A stretch of DNA of 63,701 nt, filler included, from Licmophora abbreviata (Eukaryota), in the NCBI GenBank assembly GCA_900291995.1. It is 12 parts of 12 records of this genome, joined end to end, with 100 filler letters (N's around TTAATTAATTAA, not from the genome) between each part and the next. Parts side by side here need not be neighbours in the genome. Positions count along the whole stretch, not along the records: positions 19,557 to 36,003 come from OLMU01003579.1; 11 more parts are not named here. One strand, 5' to 3'. The notes under the pieces are model-generated. The model did not search any database and was not told the DNA's origin. It saw only the letters and a list, made by a program, of their open reading frames with translations. Positions 24,088 to 35,300 of this stretch are shown here, piece by piece. How positions within the stretch are numbered: position 1 is the stretch's first letter; each line of letters starts with the position of its first letter. The position numbers and the translations under genes were made by a program.

Positions 24088-25272
24088 ATGTTTTCGACTC
24101 ACTGGTTCAAGATGTTCGCTCTAGTTTGCTTCTTCGTGATAGGAGGTTTGAACTACCTTCCTGCTCACTTCAGAAAGAAGCTGCAGATCTCGCCGTCTGT
24201 AAAACTCAAGGCGCCAAGTGCCGGCTCTTCAAACGCTAACGTCATCGACGGAGCTGGTATACTTTGGATAGAAGCCACGTCGTGGTCAGAGGGTCTGGCA
24301 GGGTGGTCAGTTACAATGTCAGAGGCGATTGCGATTGCGCAAAGGCTGAATGGAAAGGTTGTGGAACCGTGTATACGCAAAGGTCGTCTTGGGACTTGCG
24401 GAGGTAATAACACCCTGAAATTTGGTCAGATCTTTGATGTTTCTTTCGCTCGTAAATGGTTGGTGAGCCAAGAGGATTTTGATTGGCTACGACTTCGAGC
24501 GCATCAGTCACTCGAGGTTATACCTGCATTCGGGATGTGCATGTCTCCTAGGGGCCGGTGCAAAAATAAAACAAATTATTACAGGAGCATGAGGAGCGCA
24601 TCCATGGAGAATGCCGTTGCCGCTGCCAAAACGCAGCCGCAAGGCGCAGTCCTCCAGATCGGGGGTTGGCGGAAGTATGCCTTTCAAAGGATGACATTTA
24701 ATGGCACTCAGCTCCTAGACTATGGTGGCACAGTAAAGCCAATACAGAAGAAGCTCATGCTTTTCAAGAAAGAACACAGAGATCAGGTCGCATGGATGCT
24801 ACGCGAAATGGGAGTGTCGCGGACGTTCAATGTTATCCACTGGCGGGCAGAAATCCCACACATAGACTATTTGGAGTGTGCGCATCACATTTTGAGGGCG
24901 GCCAACACAATGGGGTCCGGAAACACGACAACTGTGATAATGTCCAGTCTCAATTTGCACGAAGATCTCCAATGGGGTGGCGCGAAGAGAAGGGCGAAAA
25001 ACACTACTGCTAGTCGCGCGTTGCAACTGCTGCTGGACTCAGGAATGAAGAAGCTGGACTCTGTCCTCACACACGTAAATATCACAGACATGATTCAGAC
25101 TGTCATCTGGGATGTAATACTTGCGATGAAGGCACAGAAGTTCGCAACGTGTTCGAATGGCTGTAGTACTGTCTGCGCAAACTGCAGCCACGGCGGTTGG
25201 TTCAGCGCGCTTGTAAGGGAGGTGCGACAGGACCAAGAGAACAAATCGAGCAGTCAATGCTGGCCGTCGTGA
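24088..25272 (+). CDS. Type II membrane glycosyltransferase, GDP-fucose O-fucosyltransferase-like (GT-B fold)
   Basis: N-terminal TM anchor, then SEGLAGW...EAIAIAQRLNGKVVEP, FNVIHWRAE (the HxR motif of the POFUT/FUT superfamily) and IWDVILAMKAQKFAT. Confidence 0.6.
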   Translation: MFSTHWFKMFALVCFFVIGGLNYLPAHFRKKLQISPSVKLKAPSAGSSNANVIDGAGILWIEATSWSEGLAGWSVTMSEAIAIAQRLNGKVVEPCIRKGRLGTCGGNNTLKFGQIFDVSFARKWLVSQEDFDWLRLRAHQSLEVIPAFGMCMSPRGRCKNKTNYYRSMRSASMENAVAAAKTQPQGAVLQIGGWRKYAFQRMTFNGTQLLDYGGTVKPIQKKLMLFKKEHRDQVAWMLREMGVSRTFNVIHWRAEIPHIDYLECAHHILRAANTMGSGNTTTVIMSSLNLHEDLQWGGAKRRAKNTTASRALQLLLDSGMKKLDSVLTHVNITDMIQTVIWDVILAMKAQKFATCSNGCSTVCANCSHGGWFSALVREVRQDQENKSSSQCWPS

Positions 25273-25568
25273 ACGACGAGGGAATGCAATATCTCGAAAG
25301 AAGTGCATCGGTTACCAATCTCCCACTATCGTCAAGAGTGGTCAGACGAGGATGAGTGGGTGAGAGCGATAGAGAGAGAGAGCCAGTAGCTATAGCGCTC
25401 TATCGCATAGTGATATCAGGTACCAGGTAAAACGCACGACAAATTCTAGAGCTTGATACTCGCAGTACTCCGCTCCGATGTCATAATGGCAAATGACTAC
25501 TAATAAGGACGAGTCGATCGCGTGTATTCCACAGTTATTCTTCAGTCGTACGCTGTAAACTTGTCATC

Positions 25569-26864
25569 CTAGACTTCGGTGAGCGCAGTGACACCCGGAA
25601 GCTCCTTTCCTTCTAGCAGTTCCAGACTAGCACCACCACCGGTACTGATATGAGACACCTTTTCACCAAGCCCGGCTTGGTTCACCGCCGCGACAGAGTC
25701 TCCTCCTCCAACAATAGTCGTCGCACCTCGTTCTTCCGTTGCCTTGGCCAGCATACGCGCCACTTCAATCGTTCCCGTGGCAAACGAAGGCATTTCGAAG
25801 ACTCCCATGGGCCCATTGAAGACGATTGTATTGGCCTTTCCAATCTCCTCGGCAAACGTTTCGATCGTTTCAGGACCGATGTCAAGACCCATCCAGTCTC
25901 CACTTATGTCGGTGACTTTGGCAATGGCAGTGGTGGCGTCATTCGCAAACTTGTCTGCCAAAATGACGTCGGTTGGGAGAATCAAGCTGACGCCCTTTTC
26001 GGTAGCTTTTTGCATCAACTCACTCGCAAGCTGGACCATGTCATCTTCTACCAACGAGGCGCCGATGTCATGTCCCATGGCTTTGTAGAACGTAAATATC
26101 ATGCCGCCACCCAACAGGATGGTATCGCACTTGTCCAAGAGCGATTCAATAACAGGGATCTTCGTCGACACCTTGGCTCCTCCTACGATGGCCATCATGG
26201 GACGTTTGGGACTATCGACAGCACCCTTCAAGTACTTGAGCTCCTTTTCCATGAGATATCCAGCCGCACTGAGCTTCATGAAGTCCGCCACTCCCGCAGT
26301 CGAGGAATGAGCACGATGGGCAGTCCCAAAGGCGTCCATGACAAAGTAGTCGGCCAACTTTCCTAGCCCTTCGCTGAGTTCGGCATCGTTCTTGGTTTCG
26401 CCCTTGTAGAATCGAGTGTTCTCCAAGAGCATGACGTTTCCATGTGTCAAGGCCTGTGCCGCCGTTTCTACATGAGGTCCCATGCAATCGTCCATCTTTG
26501 CCACCGGCACTCCAAAGAGACCTTCCAAGTGCGGCACTACGGGCGTGAGACGTCCGTTCTTGCCCGTCTCGATGATTTCACCCTTGGGACGGCCAAAGTG
26601 AGAGCAGAGAATGACGTTGGCGCCCTGGTCTAGCAAGAACTTGGTCGTGGGGACGACGGCACGGAGTCGAGTGTCGTCTGTGACTTTGTTGTCGGAATCC
26701 AGCGGCACGTTGAGATCGACGCGGACAAGTACGTTTGCGCCGTGAAGATCGACGCGGTCGGCGAGGCCCTGCACATTGAGCTTTTCGAGCAACAAGGACG
26801 ACGAGTGAAACAAGCGGCGGCGAGATTTCAGGAGGGAGCGACAAGCGAGCGAAGACGACAGCAT
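25569..26864 (-). CDS. PGK: Phosphoglycerate kinase with mitochondrial-type presequence
   Basis: [61 protein letters not shown]-terminus [22 protein letters not shown] is Arg/Ser-rich with no acidic residues. Confidence 0.97.
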   Translation of the reverse strand: MLSSSLACRSLLKSRRRLFHSSSLLLEKLNVQGLADRVDLHGANVLVRVDLNVPLDSDNKVTDDTRLRAVVPTTKFLLDQGANVILCSHFGRPKGEIIETGKNGRLTPVVPHLEGLFGVPVAKMDDCMGPHVETAAQALTHGNVMLLENTRFYKGETKNDAELSEGLGKLADYFVMDAFGTAHRAHSSTAGVADFMKLSAAGYLMEKELKYLKGAVDSPKRPMMAIVGGAKVSTKIPVIESLLDKCDTILLGGGMIFTFYKAMGHDIGASLVEDDMVQLASELMQKATEKGVSLILPTDVILADKFANDATTAIAKVTDISGDWMGLDIGPETIETFAEEIGKANTIVFNGPMGVFEMPSFATGTIEVARMLAKATEERGATTIVGGGDSVAAVNQAGLGEKVSHISTGGGASLELLEGKELPGVTALTEV

Positions 26865-27068
26865 GATGGTGCGCGGTGGGGTAGACTACGGCAGCGACGA
26901 GGCGTTGGATGGCGGTACTATACTATAGTGCGATGGGCATGTGCATTGAATTGGTAGTATGCACATTCAACATGCCACATGGAACATTCAACATGGAACA
27001 TACCACTTTCGTCATCGATTTCCACTTTCAACTTTTGCGCCCTGACACGTCAGACGGGGAGTTTGGGT

Positions 27069-27110
27069 GAGTCGATTGAGTCGAGTCGATTGAGTCGAGT
27101 CGAGTGAGTC
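27069..27110. repeat. Degenerate (GAGTC/GATT)n short tandem repeat upstream of PGK
   Basis: gagtcgattgagtcgagtcgattgagtcgagtcgagtgagtc. Confidence 0.8.
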
Positions 27111-27624
27111 AAGTTCAGGTAATGATCATGACAAAAAATGACGACACATGCTAGGTCAAGTAAACACTCGGGGGTCATGGCAGCTTTAATCTACCGTACA
27201 CCCGTGCCAAGGCTTATGTCTCTTCTGGGTCGTACTGGTACACTATACCATTCTCTTACAATCTCCGTACCATGTGCAACGAATATGCGTCTCATCCCAT
27301 GTAGTCCGCATGAAAAGCCTAGTACAAGTACGAACAACAACATCCATCAGTCATTCGCTTTGGTCTGACTCGGCAGGCGCAATGTAATTCCTGCTTTATG
27401 CCTTTCGTTTTCACCATTTGGGAATCGGACGTATTGTAGCTCCTTCTACTTGTATGAAGCATGATGGAACATCAAAGAACTAGTCGATGCTCAGCCGTTT
27501 TAGCAGGTTTTAACTTTGCTGAAAGCGCAAGGAGTACATGGTTGGTTGCATACGATCTCTCTACGATAGCACGATAGTCGAATGTGTCCGTTAGTCTACA
27601 GAGACAACGTCGGCTTGTCATTGT

Positions 27625-28629
27625 TCAAGAGGACGAGGCTGTTCTCGCCCCTGCCATTCGGTTGATAACCAGCATTTCCTTCCGACCCATTTCTCGCAAA
27701 ACCTCATGCTCCTGTAACATCGCGTGACCAGGCGTCCTTCGACTAAAGACATCAACACTTGTCATGGTTCGTAATTTGGAACAATCCTTTGGCATCGGCA
27801 TTCTGAAATGATAGGGATAGCATCGGTCTTCCTCCGCCCCAAAGACCGTCACCGATTTGCATTTGTCGAGCGCCCATAATACAATGGCCATCCCTGAACT
27901 GCACCACTGGTCATGTCGAAGACCCACAAGCTTGTTGCAATTGACAATGAGAGACGGCGGGGTCAGTATCCAGTGTGACAAAGTCGTTTTGCGCCAAATC
28001 AAGTACTGTTTCTCTTGTGATGGGAAGACAGGATGCGCAGTAGTGATACCAGTCACACTTGTATCGTTCAGACCCGCAAACCAAACACCCGGCTTCACGC
28101 CCTTTTCGTTGTCTCCTGGGAAGTTAACCAACCAGAATGTCGTCTTGCTTCCCACATGCCTCTCGAATCCATCAGGTTTGACGCCATTGATCCGAATCAC
28201 CTCATCGAAGGAGTCGATGAGCGGTCCATCGTTGTACTTGAGCAAGGTTCCAGAGTTAAAAATCACAGCGCAAGAGCCCATCTTCGTGCCGGTGGTGGTG
28301 GTGGTGGTAGTGGTGGAGTTTTGGACTTTATCGGAGACAGTCTTGGGGTCTGCGAAAGGGTTTCTCTTCCGCAGCTCGTCATGGTGTTTCCAAAAGGGAT
28401 TTCTTGCCGGAAGCTTGAGATCTTCGCGCCTCTTTCGAAGTATCCGTCGTGCGCTGGAGGTGGTGCTTTGGGGATCGTCGTAGTACCAATGAGCCGGCGA
28501 TATCAACGTTTGTCCGGAGGCGATGACGAGAATGAGAGCCAAAGCGGCAGCGCAAGCAGGGATGCAGAATCGAATTGGAGATCCCTTCGCTGTTGCGTCG
28601 GCGGGAAGGACCGCTTGGTGGAATGCCAT
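27625..28629 (-). CDS. GT29 sialyltransferase-like glycosyltransferase
   Basis: TM anchor. Sialylmotif L: CAVIFNSGTLL...GPLIDSFDEVIRIN...GFERHVGSKTT. Motif S: SSGMAIVLWALDKCKSVTVFG. Motif III-like YHF. Motif VS: HAMLQE. Confidence 0.88.
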   Translation of the reverse strand: MAFHQAVLPADATAKGSPIRFCIPACAAALALILVIASGQTLISPAHWYYDDPQSTTSSARRILRKRREDLKLPARNPFWKHHDELRKRNPFADPKTVSDKVQNSTTTTTTTTGTKMGSCAVIFNSGTLLKYNDGPLIDSFDEVIRINGVKPDGFERHVGSKTTFWLVNFPGDNEKGVKPGVWFAGLNDTSVTGITTAHPVFPSQEKQYLIWRKTTLSHWILTPPSLIVNCNKLVGLRHDQWCSSGMAIVLWALDKCKSVTVFGAEEDRCYPYHFRMPMPKDCSKLRTMTSVDVFSRRTPGHAMLQEHEVLREMGRKEMLVINRMAGARTASSS

Positions 28630-28920
28630 CGCGAAATGTTCGAATCAAATTTATGGGCAGGCCCCTCTTGGTGACTTGGGTTGGATGATCGCTCTTCCCT
28701 AGAAGCTTGATTAGGGTGCCTCGTGACTCGTGAGATGACCGCGATGTGCGAGATATGTCTCACCAAAAAATAGATGACCGCCCCGCGCGCTCGCGGTATA
28801 CCGTTCCGACTCACTCGACTCTTAAATGAGAAGTATCATGATACAAAAGTTTGAATCTGAGTTCGCACCATGAGAGCCCCAAATTCTGGCGCGGCTTCAC
28901 AGTATCAGCCGCGACAGACC

Positions 28921-31900
28921 ATGACGAGAACGAAGAAAGCGACGTCCGTGATGACGCTGGAGCAGGTCTTACTGGGCCACTTTGACGCTCACCAGAAATC
29001 GACGAACGATGATTCGTCTCAGATGTCGGTGGAGCGTCGCGCTGGGCTGATTCGGGAGGAACTCTCGTCGTTTGTCTTGTCAGAGGGAGTGCAGGGTCTT
29101 TCGCTCGACAGCGACGACGGCAAGGCTTCTGAAGTCCCCGCGTCTCTTGTGGAACGAGTACAAGTAGTGATTCTTCAGTGCATTGATTCTGCCATGGCAG
29201 CGACCGCCTCTTCTTCTAGCGAGCCGATCGAGAAGATCCTCGACTTGGCGGCTTACTTGAGCTGCGCGGCGGGCAACGGTCTCATTGCCAAGACCGTGCT
29301 GGATCGCACTCTCGCATTCACTACAGTTATCCTTGAGCGCGTTCGGGCTCAGGCGTGTACTTTCTTGGGGATCTGTGTTCACTACCTACTTCTAACCGAT
29401 GGACCAACATCCAAAAAGTCGTCTCGACTCCATCCTGACGAACTCGCCTTCATGTTTGACAACACCGACAAGACGATTGAGTGGAAAGAAGACGCTGCAG
29501 AGTTCATTAAGCAGGGCTTGCTTCCGAGACTTACCGACAAGAGTCAGGCGGTTCGTTACGCCGCCATTTGTGCTTCCAAGTTTGCTCTCGCTGGATTTGA
29601 ATCGGTCGTCGACCAGGACGAGGAACGCGACTACTTCTTGGACGCGCTCCTCTGGAACTTGACCCACGATCCGTCCGTGTCGAACCGCGTGGCTGTGGTG
29701 CAGAGTGTGCCAATCATGGGCTCTACGATCGACCACGTCATTGATCGTGTGCGTGACGTCAAAGTAAAGGTTCGCGTTGCGGCACTCGATGTTTTGCGAA
29801 CCAAGGCGGTGGCTACGGAACTCTCAAATGAGCAGTGTGCGGAACTTGTGCGATCGGGACTCAGCGATCGGTACGTTTACTATTGAGTAGTGCAGCGTTC
29901 TCGTTTTGTACCTTGCGATAAGTTTTACTGACCAAATCCTTGTCTTCGATGTTCGAAACAGCTGCAAGACCACTTGTGAAGCGGCCACAAAGATGATCTG
30001 TGCCGGATGGATGAAGGCCGTCAAGTACGACCCCATTGCTCTGCTGGGCCTCGTCGGACCCATACTCTACGAGTCAGAATGCACCAAGGTGACTCGCGTC
30101 CTGTTGGACGTCGCTAGTATCGAGGCACCGGATGTGCTTGACGAGCTGAGCGATGCCGAGATTCGAGCATTCCGAAGTGGGGTAACGAATGCCTCGGTTG
30201 TCCTCGACCAGCAGGGTGACGAGCTCACTCCCGAAGCTATTCTTTTTGCTCGCGTCAAGTGCGACTGGACCAAATTGTCCACCTCCCTGTCGTCGACCCG
30301 CAAGGCGGATGCCATTGCACGCATCATTCCGGACGTTCCCTTTCTCTGCGAGACGCTGGACAAGCACGTGGCGAAACTGGGACAGATGGCAGGGAGCGAC
30401 CACACCGAAGAGCCCTTGGAAGAACGCGAGATCTTCATTTGCTCTCAGCTGCTGCAGCTCACCCAAGCTACAGATCTCAGTGAGGAAGGAAGCCGTCGTT
30501 TCTTCATCACGACCGTGAAGCGCATGCTATCGGCCGTCGATACGCACGAGGAGCTCATCGAGGCTTTCGTTGGTGCCATGAAAGCTGCCCATGAACGGGA
30601 GGTTGACTTTCTTCATTCCGTCAACGAAATTCTCTTGGCGATCGTCGCCGTGGATCAACACCAGGAAGTCCTGCCGAGTGCGGTTCGCCTTCGCATCATT
30701 TGCATCCTGGCATCTGTGTTGGAGAACGTGTCGCCTGGTATGGCCGCGGATCCAGTCCTGGGCGAATTCGTGCGTCATGTTGTACCTGCTGTCACGAGTA
30801 GTACTTCTACCGTTCGAGAGATTGGCGTCGGCTGCATGGGCCGACTTGCACTTCTATCTAGCCAAGACATGGTCCTAGAAGAGTTCAAGCCGCTCCTCTT
30901 TCGCGTCGCAGCGAACGACGACGAAAAGGTTGAAATCCGTGCCCAGGCTATGCTTGCCATCTGTGATCTGGCATTCGTCTTTGCCGACATGCTTGAGCCT
31001 TGCGTTCTCACCGCTGAAGGCGATGCGTCGTCTACCGAGATTTCCTTCAAGGCTTTGATCGTTGACTTGCTCGACAATGGTGAAGGGGGCATGGTCCTGA
31101 TCGCAGCCGAGGTTGCCGCAAAGCTCCATTTCGTTGGCCGATTACAGGATCCTAACATTATTGCCCAGCTCGTGCTCGCCTTCTTCGGCGAACAGACAAA
31201 TGACGGGGAGCAAGATATTCTTGACGAGGATGATGCGAAAGAGGTCGGCAGTCCTCACCGCATGCAACAGCTTCTCAGTCTATTTTTCCCCGCTTACAGC
31301 GTCAAGAGCCAGGAGGGTCGAGAGACATTAACCGCTTCGGTGGCTTTCCTCCTTTCAATCGTGGACGAGAAACTTCAAGAGAGGGGCACCAAGGTGTCTC
31401 ACTTTCCTGTAGCCAAAATGATCGAATATATTGGCTCAGTCCTTGATATCGGACTCGAAAAGGGGGTTCATGCGCCTACAGCGACTCAGGTCAACAACGC
31501 GGACAAGGACTTCGAAAAGAAATCTTCCGTCGCCGCCTCTAGGACGGATATGCACACCAGTGGCGCACTGTTGGTATCAATCGAAATCGTAAAGTTTCTG
31601 ATCGCCGAGAATACGAGCTTACCGGCGCCGTACCTTCGTGCGTTATGCAAGCTTCTCGGCTCGACCGATGTGGTCGGCTTCGGTGGCGACAACGATGCTG
31701 CAGAATTCAAAAAAGCGGTGGAGGAGCTCCAGATGCTTGTTGACGATACGATATCGTTGCGATCGCTCGAGAAGGTGGCGCAGTTGTTGGCATCTTCCGA
31801 TGGCGACAACACTGCTGGAGAAGATTTGGATGAAAGCCGGGAAAGTCAAGACTCGCTTACCGACGCGTTGAAAGCCATTCATCTCGTCCAGTCGAAGGAG

Positions 31901-32005
31901 AACAACGGGGAGGTGGAGTCGAGTGGTGTGACAGTGCCCATGGATAAGGAAATCACTGGTAGATCCTCTCGTAGTCGCAGTCACCTTGCCGCAATCAATA
32001 GTTGA
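28921..32005 (+). CDS. NCAPG: Condensin I subunit CAP-G (Ycg1/Cnd3), 2 exons; alternative start at 28870
   Basis: HEAT repeats LLPRLTDKSQAVR, HDPSVSNRVAVV, RVRDVKVKVRVAA, GLSDR. DLSEEGSRR. Cnd3 region AAEVAAKL...MQQLLSLFFPAY. Intron approx. 29871-29960. Confidence 0.9.
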
Positions 32006-32109
32006 GTCACTGGCGACGTTTGTGCGTGTGTCGCGACGGACCAGCTACTTTTTCAACGGGACCCTCTCCCACTAATTCGTATAGGAACATATGTGTTGAT
32101 CTTGTACCT

Positions 32110-33744
32110 CTAAGTTAAGCGTCCCTGCCGATAAGACTTTTCAAAACTGGTGATTTCGTCTTTGCATTGAGTTTGCTTGAAGTATTCCGCCGCTTCGTTC
32201 ATTTTTTGCAGAACTGTGCATATCATGAAGCCATGCCCTCTCTCCAAATTCTTGCCTTTGTGCTTGCCTTGGCCCGTCAGGTTGAATCGACTTACTCCAT
32301 CGGTCCAATAATCGTACTCCGTTATGTTTGAGAATGGCTCTTCAAACAATGGTGCTTCGCATGACGAAAAGAGGCTCCCATCCCATGTGTGTTTATCAAA
32401 CTGCCAATGTCCCATTTTGTACCGCTGACAGTAATGTAGGACATGTGGTAGGCGGTCTCTGGGTACATCGCGGCATACCTCCTCGTCACTCACATGATTC
32501 ATCAGTTCAGACCATGACTCGGCTACAGGATCGTCGAGACTGGATAACATAAAACTTCTTGCCAGTCGATGCGGAAGATTCAAGTGTGCAGCTGCCAGAG
32601 AGTACGAAAACATCTCTCCCAATAGGTGCGGGTATGAATCGTATACACGAACTGCGAAATCACTCCACACGCAACTTATCCGATACATATCACGCGCCGT
32701 GGCCAAATAGGGAGGTCCAGCTGGATAGTAGTCGAGAGCTTGGTTCTTTGTGACGTTGTAGATGGGTGAAGCCTCAGCATCGCCGGTTATCACCTGCGTC
32801 AGGTTTACGTGTGTCTTCCACTGATCAATGTATCCGTACATTTGCGCGAACGGCCTGCCGTGCTCTACCTTCAGGGGCAAGCGCTGTTCTCTGGCATCGT
32901 CTGCAGTTCGTTTCCACACTTCCGTCGAATTGCTAAAGTCATTTGTAAAGGGTCGAAGCAACATCTGATCTGGATCCAGCAAGATGACAACGTCGTCGTC
33001 GTGTTGTCGATCGTCAGGATATCTCAGCCCATGTTCCATCCAGTGCTTGAGACCATACGGCTGGAGGAGAGAAATTCGAGAAGTTAAAAGATGTGTAGTT
33101 AGTGAATGTGTTTTGAGATCACAACAGACCATGCGATCTTCAAGGCATACCTTGTTGAAGTACACGTAGTGAACTCCCTGCTTGGTGTCGCTAAAGTCTG
33201 GAGTGAAATGCACATGGAAGTTGGGTGACATGGTAAATATGGCCCGTTTGTGAAAAGCTTCTAAAGTAGCTTTCTGCTCTTCTGTGCAGCCCGAAACGAT
33301 TCTCGTGACATGTCCTTGCTGCTGCACCTTCAAGGCGTGATAAAAGAAGACATAGGACTGCCAATCCTGAGACTTACTACACCCGGTGGAAAAGACGAGT
33401 TGGTATTGCTGTCCTGTCTGCTCTTGAGAGCCCTCTGGGGTCACCGACGTCTGGCGACGGGTCGTCGACTCTTGGTTTGCCTGGAAGTCTGGGGCATCGC
33501 GTCGAAGTTGGGGTTTTCGTCTCTTGGCAGCTCCTTGGTCCGTGCGAGGCAACCCAATGGGCAACGCGTTGTCAAGAACGCCAGTCGTTGGCCAAGATTC
33601 AAGCTTGGCCAAGTTTGTCGATCGCATGATCATGAACGAGTACAGAATACAGAGCAGACACAGCAGAACCAGCACAGAATGAGACTTTCGCTTGGATCCT
33701 TGTTTGTGAGCACCATTGCTGGAGGCGACAAGCCAGCATGGCAA
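32110..33744 (-). CDS. Peptidyl-serine alpha-galactosyltransferase / hydroxyproline arabinosyltransferase-like (GT96/GT95)
   Basis: VFSTGCSKSQDWQS, GHVTRIVSGC, FNK|PYGLKHW, VILLDPDQMLLRP (DxD), GPPY, LLGEMFSYSLAAAHLNL, VLHYCQRY, plus a TM anchor. In-frame 90-nt intron at 33061-33150. The true start is probably ATG 33716, with a 1-nt loss in an A run. Confidence 0.85.
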   Translation of the reverse strand: MPCWLVASSNGAHKQGSKRKSHSVLVLLCLLCILYSFMIMRSTNLAKLESWPTTGVLDNALPIGLPRTDQGAAKRRKPQLRRDAPDFQANQESTTRRQTSVTPEGSQEQTGQQYQLVFSTGCSKSQDWQSYVFFYHALKVQQQGHVTRIVSGCTEEQKATLEAFHKRAIFTMSPNFHVHFTPDFSDTKQGVHYVYFNKVCLEDRMVCCDLKTHSLTTHLLTSRISLLQPYGLKHWMEHGLRYPDDRQHDDDVVILLDPDQMLLRPFTNDFSNSTEVWKRTADDAREQRLPLKVEHGRPFAQMYGYIDQWKTHVNLTQVITGDAEASPIYNVTKNQALDYYPAGPPYLATARDMYRISCVWSDFAVRVYDSYPHLLGEMFSYSLAAAHLNLPHRLARSFMLSSLDDPVAESWSELMNHVSDEEVCRDVPRDRLPHVLHYCQRYKMGHWQFDKHTWDGSLFSSCEAPLFEEPFSNITEYDYWTDGVSRFNLTGQGKHKGKNLERGHGFMICTVLQKMNEAAEYFKQTQCKDEITSFEKSYRQGRLT

Positions 33745-34409
33745 CTAGAATCGAGCCCATAGGCGACTCCCTTTTTGGAAAGCAATGTGCGATCGGTCCT
33801 GACCGAACGACCCATCATCGTTCGATCCATTGTGGGGCATGTGTTGAGGAGAGATAGGTGGAGAAGAAAGTGTTTTTCTATCATGCACACGGGGCAACTC
33901 CGGGCATGAGTTTGATGGAGATGGGAGTGACTCTGTGACTTGATGAGCGACGCTCGTGTCTGCAATGACCCAAGATGTCAGAAACCCGGCTATTGACATG
34001 AACACATATCAGAATGAGACACCTACAATAAGTATCCTGATGACTTGCGCGCCGGGTGGCAGATACGTAAATGTCGACTGTCGTCGATTTGCTATATCGT
34101 ACGATACCAAAACTAACTTTTCCCCTTCTCTACCATGGTAAAAGAAATCACATAGAAGGCATTCCTTCCCCCTTCAATGCACGCTATTTGATCCCAAGTA
34201 GGAGAGTTATCGACAGCTAGCATCGAACCGCGAATGCGACGTGGAGTCAGGATATTTACACCGAACGTCGCCTACCAGTGTTGTCAAGGGGAAAGACGAC
34301 GGCAATTGAGTAAGCACTACAACTCATATACTGTTTCCCAAAACACGGCCCTGTCCCTACCCACAACTCTCAGAAGTTAGACATCTTGCCCCCTCGCAGT
34401 AGATTCAAT

Positions 34410-35098
34410 ATGCCATACAAACTTTCTTCGAGCGAACTGCTTCAACTATTCCTCGCTCCTCATGAGCAATGCGAGGCTTGTGTGGCTCGCCTTCGCACAT
34501 GGCACGGAGGCGAAACATTCATGGAACACAAAATGGCTTGGCTTAGCGATCAAGTCGCATTGGAGAAAATATTGGCTCGAAAGAAGAAGAGAAATTGCCT
34601 CCTGAAGAAGAAAGAAAAGCGATTGCGAAAGCTGATGTCGCGTACTGGCAAGATGCGGCGGCGACCCGAGAGACAGTGAGCGCTACCGTCAGGAGTAAGA
34701 GAGGGGACCCGCGAGCACTCTTCGTCGTGAGAAAGAAGCCACCCGCAAGGAGAGAGAGTCCGCCAGGAAGGAGAAACGGATGGCGCTCGAAGAGAAAGAG
34801 TCCGATCGCAAGCGTTTCGACAAGCGATGCCGAGCACCGTGAGGCTCAACTCAAGGTCACACCTCATTTGCGTGGGCACTATAAAGAGCGGGAAGAACAG
34901 GAGGAAGAAGATCAGGAGTGGAAAGAACGGGCCGTCCTAGTGGAATCTTATTGCATTGTACAACTGGATCCACAGCTTGATAGCTATATTATTGCTGTTG
35001 CATCACTGAAATGCGCTGGTGCGTTCGGTGAAGAGGCGACGATGGGTGGCAACGTGAAAAGGCATTCAACAGGAGGTAATACTACTAGAGTATGTTAG
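34410..35098 (+). CDS. Possible orphan charged protein (two overlapping ORFs)
   Basis: ORFs 34386-34679 and 34595-35098 overlap at an A-rich stretch and look protein-like. No recognisable domain. Confidence 0.3.
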
Positions 35099-35300
35099 TA
35101 AAGTGTCATGTGCACAGTCACATGTAGCTCATAGCGCAGTACGCATCCGACAAGCCATGCTCTACCCAAAAAACACGCTTGAGAAGGCCTCGGTTTATCA
35201 ATGCTATCCACACTGTGTAGAGCAAGTGATATCCTCTCGTTTAATTCCTGTGGCTTTAAAAGCAGTATGGAAAGCGGACAATAATCTCATAGTCTCACGC

